Source: Candidatus Hydrogenedentota bacterium
Lineage (GTDB): Bacteria; Hydrogenedentota; Hydrogenedentia; Hydrogenedentales; SLHB01
Assembly: GCA_029974275.1 (NCBI GenBank)
Contig: JARKSN010000137.1
Coordinates: 1-28,662, forward strand
Length of the DNA stretch: 28,662 nt
Direction: 5' to 3'
A program made the position numbers and the translations under genes. How positions within the stretch are numbered: the stretch's first letter is position 1; each line of letters begins with the position of its first letter. The notes under the pieces were generated by a model. That model was given only the letters and a program-made list of their open reading frames with translations, was not told the origin of the DNA and did not search any database. This document shows positions 16,539-25,498 of the stretch, piece by piece.

Positions 16539-17981
16539 ATGTTTTCACGACGGAACGGCATAACCTATGGACTGCTCGCCTTGGCCGGCGCCTTGATATG
16601 CGCATGGCAGGGATATGAGCACCTGCGCGCCACGGAAATGGCCCGCTCTGCGTTGCTTCATCGGGCTCTCGACATCTCGAACACGCTGGGGGTGGTGTTG
16701 CGCTCGCAGGGAATATTCGGCATGGTGCGTCAGTCGCGCCTGGAAGCTGCGTTGCGCGAACTGATCCAGTCGGGCGAACTCACGTCTGTGGCCTTGCTTT
16801 ATGCGTCCGGCGAAGTAGCCGCTTCAGCAGGGCCGCTCCCTCAAATGGAAACGGCCTCCTTGGTCAAAGAAGGATTTCACTGGAGTTCCGCCGAACTCAT
16901 CGTCGTCAATCCCGTCGATTTGGGCGGCGATTCGGAAGCGGGCGACACGCCGCAGACCTCCATCGTCATTCCGGAGGGGGAGGCGATGGACCGGTATCGC
17001 CCGCCGCGTCCACGCGATGACAGGGATCGCGACGACAGACAACGCGAACATCGGCGCGCGCCAGCGTCTTCGCCTCAATTTGGGCGTCCTTTCTGGATGA
17101 GCGAGCAGCAATATCGCGACTTGGTGAGCAAACAGGGCGTGCATTATTTTGTCTTGACGCTGTCCACGGGCAGCTATCGGGCATTGTTGCAGCGCGACCT
17201 TCACACCCGGATATTCTTGGCCGGCATTGCGCTTGTTGCCGTAGCGGGTCTTGGGTTGGCTTGGCGCAACGCGGAACGCTCCTCCGCGTTGCAAATGGAT
17301 CTGCTTCGTGCGGATGAAATGAACCGGCACCTTCGTGAAATGAATTTGGCGGCGGCAGGGTTGGCGCACGAAACGCGCAATCCGCTCAACGTCATCCGCG
17401 GATTTGCCCAAGTGTTCTCGCGGCGCGATGACGTGCCGGGCGATGTCCGCGAAACGTCATGGCGCATTGCCGATGAGGTAGACCGCGTCACCGATCGGCT
17501 CAACCAATTCATCGCCTATTCGCGTCCGCCAGAAGCGAAACCGGTTCCTGTTGATCTAAAGGCTGTCGTCAGGGACGTCGCCCGGACTCTAGAAAGCGAC
17601 CGCGAGGACAAGCAAATCGTCTTGGAACTGAGCGGTCCGACGCTGACGGTCGAGGCGGACGAATCGCTGCTTCGCCAAATCGTGTTCAATCTGATGCTGA
17701 ACGCGATTCAGGCGCTGCCGCATGGCGGCAGCCTTTGGGTCCAGCTTGCATACGCCCTTGACGGCATGGCCAGTCTGGAGGTGCGCGACAATGGACCCGG
17801 CGTGCCAGAGGCCGCGCGGGAAGACATTTTCCGTCCGTATTTCACGACTTCGGAGCAGGGCACGGGGCTGGGTTTGGCGGTGGTGCGTCAGGCCGTGCTT
17901 GCGCACCGCTGGAGCATTGTCTACGCGCCCGCCGATTACGGGGGCGCAATCTTTCGGGTGAGCGGATTACGGGTGGTGTAG
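16539..17981 (+). CDS. Membrane sensor histidine kinase (NtrB/ZraS-like)
   Basis: Two TM helices flank a periplasmic domain. H-box AAGLAHETRNPL, N-box NLMLNAIQA, G1 VRDNGPGV, F-box IFRPYFTT, G2 GTGLGLA. Confidence 0.93.
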   Translation: MFSRRNGITYGLLALAGALICAWQGYEHLRATEMARSALLHRALDISNTLGVVLRSQGIFGMVRQSRLEAALRELIQSGELTSVALLYASGEVAASAGPLPQMETASLVKEGFHWSSAELIVVNPVDLGGDSEAGDTPQTSIVIPEGEAMDRYRPPRPRDDRDRDDRQREHRRAPASSPQFGRPFWMSEQQYRDLVSKQGVHYFVLTLSTGSYRALLQRDLHTRIFLAGIALVAVAGLGLAWRNAERSSALQMDLLRADEMNRHLREMNLAAAGLAHETRNPLNVIRGFAQVFSRRDDVPGDVRETSWRIADEVDRVTDRLNQFIAYSRPPEAKPVPVDLKAVVRDVARTLESDREDKQIVLELSGPTLTVEADESLLRQIVFNLMLNAIQALPHGGSLWVQLAYALDGMASLEVRDNGPGVPEAAREDIFRPYFTTSEQGTGLGLAVVRQAVLAHRWSIVYAPADYGGAIFRVSGLRVV

Positions 17982-17982
17982 C

Positions 17983-19383
17983 ATGCAACAAGACGCAAAA
18001 AACGGCGGCGCAGTGAAGTCTCCGGATCGGGATCCGGCGCGCATATTGGTCGTGGATGACGATGAAAGTCAGCGGAGTCTTTTGTCGTCGTTCCTCACGA
18101 CACAGGGTTTTCGCGTCGTAACCGCAGGTTCCGGAGAGGAAGCGTTGGCCGTGATGGGATCGGAGCCGTTCGACCTGCTGATCTCCGATGTGCGCATGCC
18201 GGGCCTGTCCGGCCTGGAGATGCTGCGGAGGCTGCGTCATGCGGAGAATCCCATTCCTGTGTTGCTGGTCACCGGCTATGCCGACATCCGGGACGCGGTC
18301 GGCGCCATGCGGGACGGCGCCGCCAATTATCTCGAAAAACCCATAGATTTGGATGAATTGCTAGAGTCGGTCCGTCGTTCGATCGGTTCTTGGGACGTCT
18401 TGAAGGATCCCCAGCCGGATGTGTTGCCGATTCCGGCATCGGTTGTCGCGCAAAGCCCTCAGATGCGCCATGTCCTCCAGGAGGCTGCCATCGTGGCCGC
18501 GTCCGAAAGCCGTGTTCTTATCACTGGCGAGAGCGGCGTTGGCAAGGAAGTGATAGGAGACCTTATCCATGCATGGAGCGCTCGTTCAGGCGGTCCGCTG
18601 ATTAAAGTGAATTGTGCGGCTATTCCGGAAACGCTCCTTGAGAGCGAACTGTTCGGGCATGAGAAAGGGGCTTTCACCGGCGCCTCGGCGCAACGCATCG
18701 GTCGTTTTGAGGAAGCAGCGGGGGGAACGCTTTTTTTGGATGAAGTCGCCGAGATGTCCTCGGGATTGCAGGCCAAGCTGCTGCACATCACGCAAAATGG
18801 CGCTTTCCAACGCGTTGGATCGAATGTGGACCGATTTTCGGATGTACGAATTGTTGCTGCAACAAACCGAAATATCGAAAAGGAAATTGCGGAAGGCCGT
18901 TTTCGGGAAGACCTATACTATCGGCTGAATGTCGTGGAAATATACGTGCCGCCACTGCGTGATCGGCCAGCCGATATTCTGGCCATGGCTCATGCCTTCG
19001 CGGAACACTTTATGAAACACAAGGCCCGCTTTTCTCCGCTAGTTGTTTCATGTCTGGAACTATATGAGTGGCCCGGAAACGTAAGGGAACTGCGAAACGC
19101 AATGGAACGCGCCACCTTGATGGCGCGTGGTGATTTGATTCTCCCGGAACACTTGCCCAAACGTGTCCAAGAAGCCGGGCATAGCGCCGCGATTGAAGGG
19201 AATGAGGCCGCTCCTCGTGGAAAACGCATTGAGGAAATGGAACGGGTTTTCATCCTCCAGACGCTACGGGAACATGGATACAATCGCACCGAAACAGCCC
19301 GGGCCTTGGGTCTCAGCCGCCGCGCCTTGATCTATAAAATCAGGCGTTATCGAGAACAGGGCCACGCGACGGAAAGTCCGTGA
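17983..19383 (+). CDS. Sigma54-dependent response regulator (NtrC/ZraR/AtoC family)
   Basis: REC domain (ILVVDDD, SDVRMPG, KP), Walker A GESGVGKE, ESELFGHEKGAFTGA, LFLDEV, FREDLYYRLNV, WPGNVREL, and a Fis-type HTH NRTETARALGLSR. Confidence 0.96.
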   Translation: MQQDAKNGGAVKSPDRDPARILVVDDDESQRSLLSSFLTTQGFRVVTAGSGEEALAVMGSEPFDLLISDVRMPGLSGLEMLRRLRHAENPIPVLLVTGYADIRDAVGAMRDGAANYLEKPIDLDELLESVRRSIGSWDVLKDPQPDVLPIPASVVAQSPQMRHVLQEAAIVAASESRVLITGESGVGKEVIGDLIHAWSARSGGPLIKVNCAAIPETLLESELFGHEKGAFTGASAQRIGRFEEAAGGTLFLDEVAEMSSGLQAKLLHITQNGAFQRVGSNVDRFSDVRIVAATNRNIEKEIAEGRFREDLYYRLNVVEIYVPPLRDRPADILAMAHAFAEHFMKHKARFSPLVVSCLELYEWPGNVRELRNAMERATLMARGDLILPEHLPKRVQEAGHSAAIEGNEAAPRGKRIEEMERVFILQTLREHGYNRTETARALGLSRRALIYKIRRYREQGHATESP

Positions 19384-19515
19384 GGGAGAAAGCAGGCGAT
19401 GGTGCAGTGTTGACTTTCTGGACCACGAACCATTTCGCAATTATGTTTTCGTCAACCATTGGTTAGGCAGGGCGCGGGCATCACAGGCGAAAATGATCGG
19501 GTACGATTTCGCGGG

Positions 19516-21582
19516 TCATTTTTGAACGCCCCGATCGTATGTGTCCAACTTGATCTCCGGGCTAGAACGCGGTTTTCCCCATGTTTCCATGATCGCAATC
19601 CCCGTGACCAACATCGTAATCGCGACGAGCAACACGCCCCATGGAAGACCGTGCTGCTCCAAACTTCCATCGTTGAAACGGGCCTGCAACGGCGCGGGGA
19701 GCTTTTGGGTGGCGGTCAGAACGGCAAACGCATTGACGATGAAATGCGTGAACATGCTGAGGTAAATCGATCGCGAACGAAAAACCATGTAGGCAAGCAC
19801 CACTCCCATTATGCCTGTCAACAGCACGCGGTATATGGTGAGGTGAAATAGGCCGAACATGCCGCCCACCAGCGCCACGGCGGCCCATCCTGGCAAGCTT
19901 TGACGCAGTCCCGAAAGCAGCGCCCCCCGAAACAGCAGTTCTTCGCAAATGGCCGGGGACAGGGCGATGATGGCTAACAGCGCCCACACGCCCACGCCGG
20001 TTTCCTGGGTTTTGAAAAGCCCCGCCATGATGTCGGCCATTTCCTGCGGCATGGGAAATGTGCGGTTATGCCATGCGCCGAGTTGGAGCAGCAATATGGT
20101 GACCGAGGGCGCCATCAACAACGTCGCCCCAAATGCCCCCGGCGTCGGCGTCTGCAGATTGAGGCAACTGGCAAGGCGGACCTTGAAGAACCACGGTATC
20201 AGCACGGCAACGGGCAAGATAAGCATCCATTGCGTCGCCAGAAGCCCCCAGAAGAGATTTTGGGTTTGAAGGTAGGATCCGACGTAGAAAATGAGCAGCA
20301 GCGCCAGTGCGTACTGGGCGATGGCCAGGCCGCTCGTGGGCGCGAGACGTGGAATGAAATCGGCGCGTCGCATGCTCAACGGAATGCCGCGTTCTTCGGC
20401 AAGGATCACTTCTTCTCGTTGAAATATCCAGACGGCAACCGCCAAGGCCAGCGCGGCAAACACGGTCGTGCTCACCAGAACGGCGAATATCTGCTGGGCC
20501 GTGGCCGTTCCCATCAGGAGACCGCGAAACAGCAAGACAACGTTGGTGATGGGGATAAACTGCGTCGCCAGTGAAAGTTTTGCGCCGGGCGGCGCGGCGA
20601 ATGCCGGGGGCAAGACCAACAGGAGAAGGAAGGGCGCAAGAAAGTTTTGGGCTTCTTTGAAATTCCGGCAGAAGACCGCTATGGACATCATCACGGCGGA
20701 AATGAAAAACGCCAGCGGCACCAGCACCAGGAGAAGGACCGCCGCCGCCTCGGGGGGGAATTGGATGTCAAACGCGCCGATTTCGTGCTTGAGATTGCTG
20801 AATTGGAAGGCGAGCGTGGCGAGCATGCTGCCGAGGTTCAGCAGCCCCGTCAACATCGCCAACGCGAATACGGTCAAAAATTTCCCGAGGACGATCTCGA
20901 CTTTCGATGTCGGCGTGGATAGAAGCGTCTCAAATGTGCCCCGTTCTTTCTCTCCTGCGGTGATGTCAATGGCGGGGTAGAAGGCCCCCATGGCCAGCAT
21001 CGCAATGAGGAGGATAGGCAGGACCATGCCCAGCACCGTGCCGGAACGCTTGGCGGGGGAGGCGATGCTTGTGGACTCGACTTTGAGCGGCTGTACGAAG
21101 TCCTCGCTGAGGCCTCGAGCGGATAAGCGTTCTGAAAGGAGTTCTTGTTTTTTCTTTTGCAGCGTCTCGGCGATGCGGCGAGAGGCCTCACGCGATGGCG
21201 TTTCGGTCTCGTCGAAGCGGATTTCCACGGATACCGTCTTGCGCTTGGCGAGCAGTTCTTCGATAGGCGCGTGCGTCACGATCCAAGCGTCCAGGTTGCC
21301 GTCTCGCAACGCGGCTTCGGGGTTTGCCTCATCGGCGACAATCAGGCGAGGCGTTTGGGCGAGCCATCCTTTGAGCGTTTCGGCGCCGGGCCCCGTGACG
21401 GCAAGCCGCGATTGGGCGTTTTCCGTCTTGTGCATCTGCATGATGGCCGCTTGCGATCCAAGTATGAAAAGGGCCGGGTAGAGCAGCACGGGGATGCCTA
21501 TCATGGCCATCAGGGTGCGCTTGTCGCGCAGCATATCGAGAATTTCCTTGCGGAAGATGACTGCGACGATCGTCATATTCAT
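19516..21582 (-). CDS. NatB-like ABC-2 permease fused to a CPBP (Abi/CAAX) intramembrane protease domain
   Basis: Start ATG 21582 overlaps the natA stop. Permease motifs KEILDMLRDKRT, AGEKERGTFETLL, GKFL and KEAQ; CPBP motifs CEELLFRG, FGLFH and HFIVNA. Confidence 0.88.
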   Translation of the reverse strand: MNMTIVAVIFRKEILDMLRDKRTLMAMIGIPVLLYPALFILGSQAAIMQMHKTENAQSRLAVTGPGAETLKGWLAQTPRLIVADEANPEAALRDGNLDAWIVTHAPIEELLAKRKTVSVEIRFDETETPSREASRRIAETLQKKKQELLSERLSARGLSEDFVQPLKVESTSIASPAKRSGTVLGMVLPILLIAMLAMGAFYPAIDITAGEKERGTFETLLSTPTSKVEIVLGKFLTVFALAMLTGLLNLGSMLATLAFQFSNLKHEIGAFDIQFPPEAAAVLLLVLVPLAFFISAVMMSIAVFCRNFKEAQNFLAPFLLLLVLPPAFAAPPGAKLSLATQFIPITNVVLLFRGLLMGTATAQQIFAVLVSTTVFAALALAVAVWIFQREEVILAEERGIPLSMRRADFIPRLAPTSGLAIAQYALALLLIFYVGSYLQTQNLFWGLLATQWMLILPVAVLIPWFFKVRLASCLNLQTPTPGAFGATLLMAPSVTILLLQLGAWHNRTFPMPQEMADIMAGLFKTQETGVGVWALLAIIALSPAICEELLFRGALLSGLRQSLPGWAAVALVGGMFGLFHLTIYRVLLTGIMGVVLAYMVFRSRSIYLSMFTHFIVNAFAVLTATQKLPAPLQARFNDGSLEQHGLPWGVLLVAITMLVTGIAIMETWGKPRSSPEIKLDTYDRGVQK

Positions 21583-22328
21583 GGTGTCTGGCGCACTTCC
21601 TTGTCCACGAGCGTCAGGAACGCGTCCTTGAGGTTGTCCGTCGCCGTTTCGGCGTACAGGTCTTCTTTTGTTCCGATGGCGAGAAGCGTTCCGGCGTGGA
21701 TCAACGCGACGCGATCGCACAACAGCTCGGCCTCGGTCATATAGTGCGTCGAGAAAATGATGCTGCGCCCGCGCGCCCTGGCATTGGCGATGAATTCGAG
21801 AATGGTCCGGCTCGTCATGATGTCCAGCCCCAATGTCGGTTCGTCGAGAATGAGAACGGGCGGGTCGTGCATCATCACGCGGGCGATCGAGACGCGTTGG
21901 GTCTGTCCGGTGGAAAGCTCCTCGCAGCGCCTATCCAGGAACGATGTCATGTCGAGCAAAGCACTGAGTTCCGCGATGCGCTCGACGATCCGGTCGTCAA
22001 GCATGTGGTACAGGCTGCCGAAATATCCCAGCAGTTCGCGCACGGTCAAACGGCCGTATAGTTTGGTGTTGCCCGAAAGAAATCCCAAGTGACTGCGGGC
22101 TTCTTCCGGCTGGTCCTGCGTGGGCAGTCCGCCGATCCAGCAGCGGCCCGAGGTGGGACGGATGATTGCCGCAAGCATGCGCAGCAGCGTTGTCTTGCCC
22201 GCGCCGTTGGGGCCGAGCAAGCCGAGAATCTCTCCGCTGTCGACGCGAAATGTGGCGTCGCGCACGGCTTCCACCGGAGCGCCGCGCGCCGGGTGAAATG
22301 TCTTGCACAAATGCAGCGTGCGTATCAT
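21579..22328 (-). CDS. NatA-like ABC transporter ATP-binding protein
   Basis: GLLGPNGAGKTT, signature LSTGQ, ILDEPTLGLD, FSTH. Confidence 0.92.
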   Translation of the reverse strand: MIRTLHLCKTFHPARGAPVEAVRDATFRVDSGEILGLLGPNGAGKTTLLRMLAAIIRPTSGRCWIGGLPTQDQPEEARSHLGFLSGNTKLYGRLTVRELLGYFGSLYHMLDDRIVERIAELSALLDMTSFLDRRCEELSTGQTQRVSIARVMMHDPPVLILDEPTLGLDIMTSRTILEFIANARARGRSIIFSTHYMTEAELLCDRVALIHAGTLLAIGTKEDLYAETATDNLKDAFLTLVDKEVRQTP

Positions 22329-22402
22329 GAACGGTTTCGCGAGTCCTTCCGGGAAGCGTTACAGCCTTTGGCGTTGCGTCGTATTCTCGTACGCATGCGC
22401 AG

Positions 22403-22432
22403 AGGTTTGCACCTTCCCCCCCGCTCTGTCAA
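22403..22432 (-). promoter_or_regulatory. Candidate sigma70-type promoter for the ABC transporter genes
   Basis: Perfect TTGACA (22432-22427), an 18-nt spacer, and a weak -10 AAACCT preceded by TG. Confidence 0.3.
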
Positions 22433-22480
22433 ATTCCCGGTCGCGCCGACAGGGTCCGGAACTTGGCGGCTGGACACGGA

Positions 22481-23086
22481 TTACAAAAACAAAGCCCGAT
22501 CCGCGCACATGAGATCGAACAGGCTATAGCCCAATTCACGCGCCAGGACGTCGAGCCGCACGATAGGGAGCCCTAATACATTGTAGTAGCAACCGTTGTA
22601 GCCCGCCACCAAAAGGCTGCCCGGCCCGTCGACGGTGTAAGCGCCAGCGCGATCCGTGGGCTTTACCGCTTCGACGAAGCGGTCGATTTCGTGGTCGCTC
22701 AAGTCGCGAAATCGCACATCCGTGCATTCCCAGCCTTCGGCGTGCGCGTTGGCGCTCGTATCGATCAGTGAAAGTCCTGTATACACTTGGTGGATATTCC
22801 CGCTAAGCGTTCGCACCATGATGCGGGCTTCGTCGAGGGTGGCGGGTTTTCCCAACACGTGGTCGCCGGCAAAAACGAGCGTGTCGGCGGCAATGACGAG
22901 TGAGGGCGCATCCAGCCGTGCAGCGACATCGTCGCGTTTGGCGCGGGCGTTCGAGACCACCATCTCGTGGGGACGCCCATTGAAATGCTCGTCGACGCCG
23001 CTGGCGATGACGTCGAAGTGCAGCCCGAGCGCCGTCAGGAGGGCGCGACGTCGCGGCGATGCGGATGCAAGAACAATGCGAATCAC
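22481..23086 (-). CDS. maf: Maf family nucleoside triphosphate pyrophosphatase
   Basis: IVLASASPRRRALL, IAADTLV, LGKP, LSGNIHQVYTG, AGAY, G.YYNVLGLP. Confidence 0.94.
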   Translation of the reverse strand: MIRIVLASASPRRRALLTALGLHFDVIASGVDEHFNGRPHEMVVSNARAKRDDVAARLDAPSLVIAADTLVFAGDHVLGKPATLDEARIMVRTLSGNIHQVYTGLSLIDTSANAHAEGWECTDVRFRDLSDHEIDRFVEAVKPTDRAGAYTVDGPGSLLVAGYNGCYYNVLGLPIVRLDVLARELGYSLFDLMCADRALFL

Positions 23087-23805
23087 GGCGTTGTCGAACC
23101 TTTCGCGGCCTGAGGAGCGTCCGCCTGAGCGGATGCCTCGGGGAGACGTTTTCCGTCCTGCTCGACCGTTCCCGCGCGTTTTCCGTTGTCGATGATCGTC
23201 GTGCCCGCAGGAAGGACCAAAACAGCGTCGTCCGGCTTCACGGGGGCGTTGACCCGGAAGTCGCTCAGACGGGTAATCACTTCTGAATCAGGACCATTCA
23301 CGATGTGAACCATGCAAGGGAGATAATCTTTGTCTTGCAGATACAGGCGGGTTTTTTCGAAGAGTTTTTTTTCGCCTTTGGGGGTGAGCATGAGCCCCGC
23401 CGCGGCGCGAGACTCGCCCACCGGAAGAAACGGTTCCAGAACATAGGCTTCGCGCAACCGCGCCGCGTCCGCCTCAAACCCTATGTACAACGCCTCCATT
23501 TCGGCGTCCGGCGTATCGTATATCTGCACTTGGCCCAACTCTGCGTCATACTCATACACCTTCGCGCCATCAATCAAATAGACAATTTCGGGTTTCGCGT
23601 AGCGAAAAATGATCCGGCGCGGCGCTACGTACAGGAGCGTGCCCGAGACCTTCTCCTTCTGTTCCATGTTGAGGTCTTCTTGCACGAAAGAGGCCGACAC
23701 GGAATGCACGTTGGCGCGTTTTATGGACAATTCCTTCAGAAACGCATCGAGACTGGGAGGCTCCTGGGCGGCTATGGAAGCCATTAGAAAAATTGCGGAC
23801 CACAT
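23083..23805 (-). CDS. LolA-like outer-membrane lipoprotein carrier protein
   Basis: RBS AAGGAGG before ATG 23805 and a short signal peptide. SVSASFVQ...SGTLLYVAPRRIIFRYAKP...LIDGAKVYEYDAELGQV and LMLTPK follow the LolA pattern. Confidence 0.75.
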   Translation of the reverse strand: MWSAIFLMASIAAQEPPSLDAFLKELSIKRANVHSVSASFVQEDLNMEQKEKVSGTLLYVAPRRIIFRYAKPEIVYLIDGAKVYEYDAELGQVQIYDTPDAEMEALYIGFEADAARLREAYVLEPFLPVGESRAAAGLMLTPKGEKKLFEKTRLYLQDKDYLPCMVHIVNGPDSEVITRLSDFRVNAPVKPDDAVLVLPAGTTIIDNGKRAGTVEQDGKRLPEASAQADAPQAAKGSTTP

Positions 23806-24022
23806 TCCTGTTCCTCCTTGATCGAACGACTCTTTCTGGGCGATCGTCAAGCCGTTTCATCGCTCCGTTGAAAACGCGAACGATCTACGCCATTAATGAC
23901 GCGAACGTTCGGGAAGTTTCCCCGGATTTCGCGCCGCGCTTCTTGGAAACGAACGGTTTCTCTGCCCAGGGAAAAATCGATTGGCTCCGTTTCCCTCTCG
24001 GTCTCGCGGCTGCGTATCGTTC

Positions 24023-24832
24023 TTAGCGACCCAGCTCGCGGGCCCGTTGAAACGCCGCTTCCACTCCAGCGCCGATCAGGGCTTTGAACCCGCCTTCCTG
24101 AAAACGTTTCAGCGCCGCTTCGGTGGTGCCGCCCTTCGATGTCACTTTCATGCGAAGCTGCGCCGCGGACTCGCCGGATTCGACCAGCAACCGCCCGCTG
24201 CCCAGCAGAGTCTGCTGCGCAAATGTCGCCGCCTGCGCCTCGGACATGCCAAGTTCCACGGCCGCGTTCACCAAACACTCGACCATATAAAAAAAATAGG
24301 CCGGACCGCTTCCGCTTAGCGCCGTAACGGCATCAATCCTCTCCTCCGAAAACCGTTCGGCAATGCCGACTGCGGCAAAAAGCGCCTGGGCGGTCGCCGC
24401 ATCGGCTTCGGTGCACCTCTCGCACAGAGCATAGCCTGTGGCGCCCGCACCGACTAGGGCTGGCGTGTTAGGCATCGCGCGCACGACACGCGTTTGCGAT
24501 CCGAGACGATCCTTGAAATAGCGAATGGGAAGTCCCGCCGCGATGCTGACTAGAAGCGTGCGCGCGGTAAGGCCCGGCCTGATCTGGGCGAGAGCCTCGT
24601 CCATGGATTGGGGCTTGACGGCGAGAAGAAGGGCGTCCGACTGCATGGCCAGATCCGCAGGGTCTTCCGCCCAGCGGATGCCCAACGTGGCCGTTCGTCC
24701 GCGTTTTGCAGGATCGGCATCGTAAACAAACGCGCTCGCCGCGGCTATCACGTCTTTTTCGATAAGTCCTTTGGCAATGGCTTCTCCCATGTTGCCGAAA
24801 CCGAGAAAACCCAGCGTCCCATCGATAACCAT
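24023..24832 (-). CDS. proC: Pyrroline-5-carboxylate reductase
   Basis: GFLGFGNMG, LAVKPQ, VSIAAG, RAMPNTP, TALSGSGPAY, VTSKGGTT. Confidence 0.97.
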   Translation of the reverse strand: MVIDGTLGFLGFGNMGEAIAKGLIEKDVIAAASAFVYDADPAKRGRTATLGIRWAEDPADLAMQSDALLLAVKPQSMDEALAQIRPGLTARTLLVSIAAGLPIRYFKDRLGSQTRVVRAMPNTPALVGAGATGYALCERCTEADAATAQALFAAVGIAERFSEERIDAVTALSGSGPAYFFYMVECLVNAAVELGMSEAQAATFAQQTLLGSGRLLVESGESAAQLRMKVTSKGGTTEAALKRFQEGGFKALIGAGVEAAFQRARELGR

Positions 24833-24838
24833 GCCGCC

Positions 24839-25345
24839 TTACTCCTCTCCGGCTGCGTCGCGATCCGGCGTCTCGCGCAGATCACGTATGACGGCGATCT
24901 CGTCGCACCCGGGAAACATCGTGCACCGCACGCAGTCTTTGAAAACCTTATGGGGCAATTCGCTCTTTTCAATGCGCACAAAATGGCGCCGCTCGAAAAA
25001 TTCCGGAATGCGCGTCAGGGCATACGCTTTGGATATGCTGAGAGCGCGCGCCTCGTCCAGACAGGCCAGCAGCAACCGTTCGCCGATGTCACGCCCCCGG
25101 AGCCGTTCGCTTACGACGAGGGAACGTATTTCCGCGAGATCCGCCGTGTCGATGTGGAGCGCGCAACAACCGCCGACGCCGTCCTCATCGGCATAGACGG
25201 TGAAATCGCGCAGATGTTCATAGATTTCCATCAAGGATCGAGGCAGCAAGGCTCCCGTCGTCGATGCGTCGTCCACAAGCCGTTTGATGCCCTGCGCATC
25301 TTCCACCGTTGGCTTGCGTATGCAGGCCTGCTTCGCCTTCGTCAC
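24839..25345 (-). CDS. GNAT N-acetyltransferase, short ArgA-like (N-acetylglutamate synthase) type
   Basis: LLPRSL..IYEHLRDF, GCCALH, LAEIRSLVV, RGRDIG, YALT..PEFF, LPHKVFKDC..C. RBS AAGGAG precedes the GTG. Confidence 0.85.
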   Translation of the reverse strand: MTKAKQACIRKPTVEDAQGIKRLVDDASTTGALLPRSLMEIYEHLRDFTVYADEDGVGGCCALHIDTADLAEIRSLVVSERLRGRDIGERLLLACLDEARALSISKAYALTRIPEFFERRHFVRIEKSELPHKVFKDCVRCTMFPGCDEIAVIRDLRETPDRDAAGEE

Positions 25346-25418
25346 GGATCGCGCTCCTTATCTCGTTTGCTTCCTGGCGAACGCCATACGCCTGGGGAAT
25401 CCGCCAAAAAACGAGGCG

Positions 25419-25447
25419 AGTCTACCACATCCGGAGCGACGGTGCGA
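25419..25447 (-). promoter_or_regulatory. Candidate sigma70-type promoter for GNAT-proC
   Basis: TCGCAC-N17-TAGACT with an extended -10 TG. Confidence 0.4.
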
Positions 25448-25498
25448 CGAAATGAGGGCTAGCAAATTTTTGCGGCCCAGAACACTGCGAATCGTCCC

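Noticed and set aside
3739..19442. aattgcga (3739-3746) / tcgcaatt (19435-19442) as inverted ends of the plus-strand block
   Set aside because: Only 8 bp of perfect match, with no flanking target duplication and no recombinase; compatible with chance.
23806..24022. Possible small gene or structured RNA between proC and the lolA-like gene (acgcgaacg twice, short hairpins, ORF 23847-24278)
   Set aside because: The ORF mostly overlaps proC in another frame and has no motif, the repeats are short, and I recognise no RNA family. An Rfam search would settle it.
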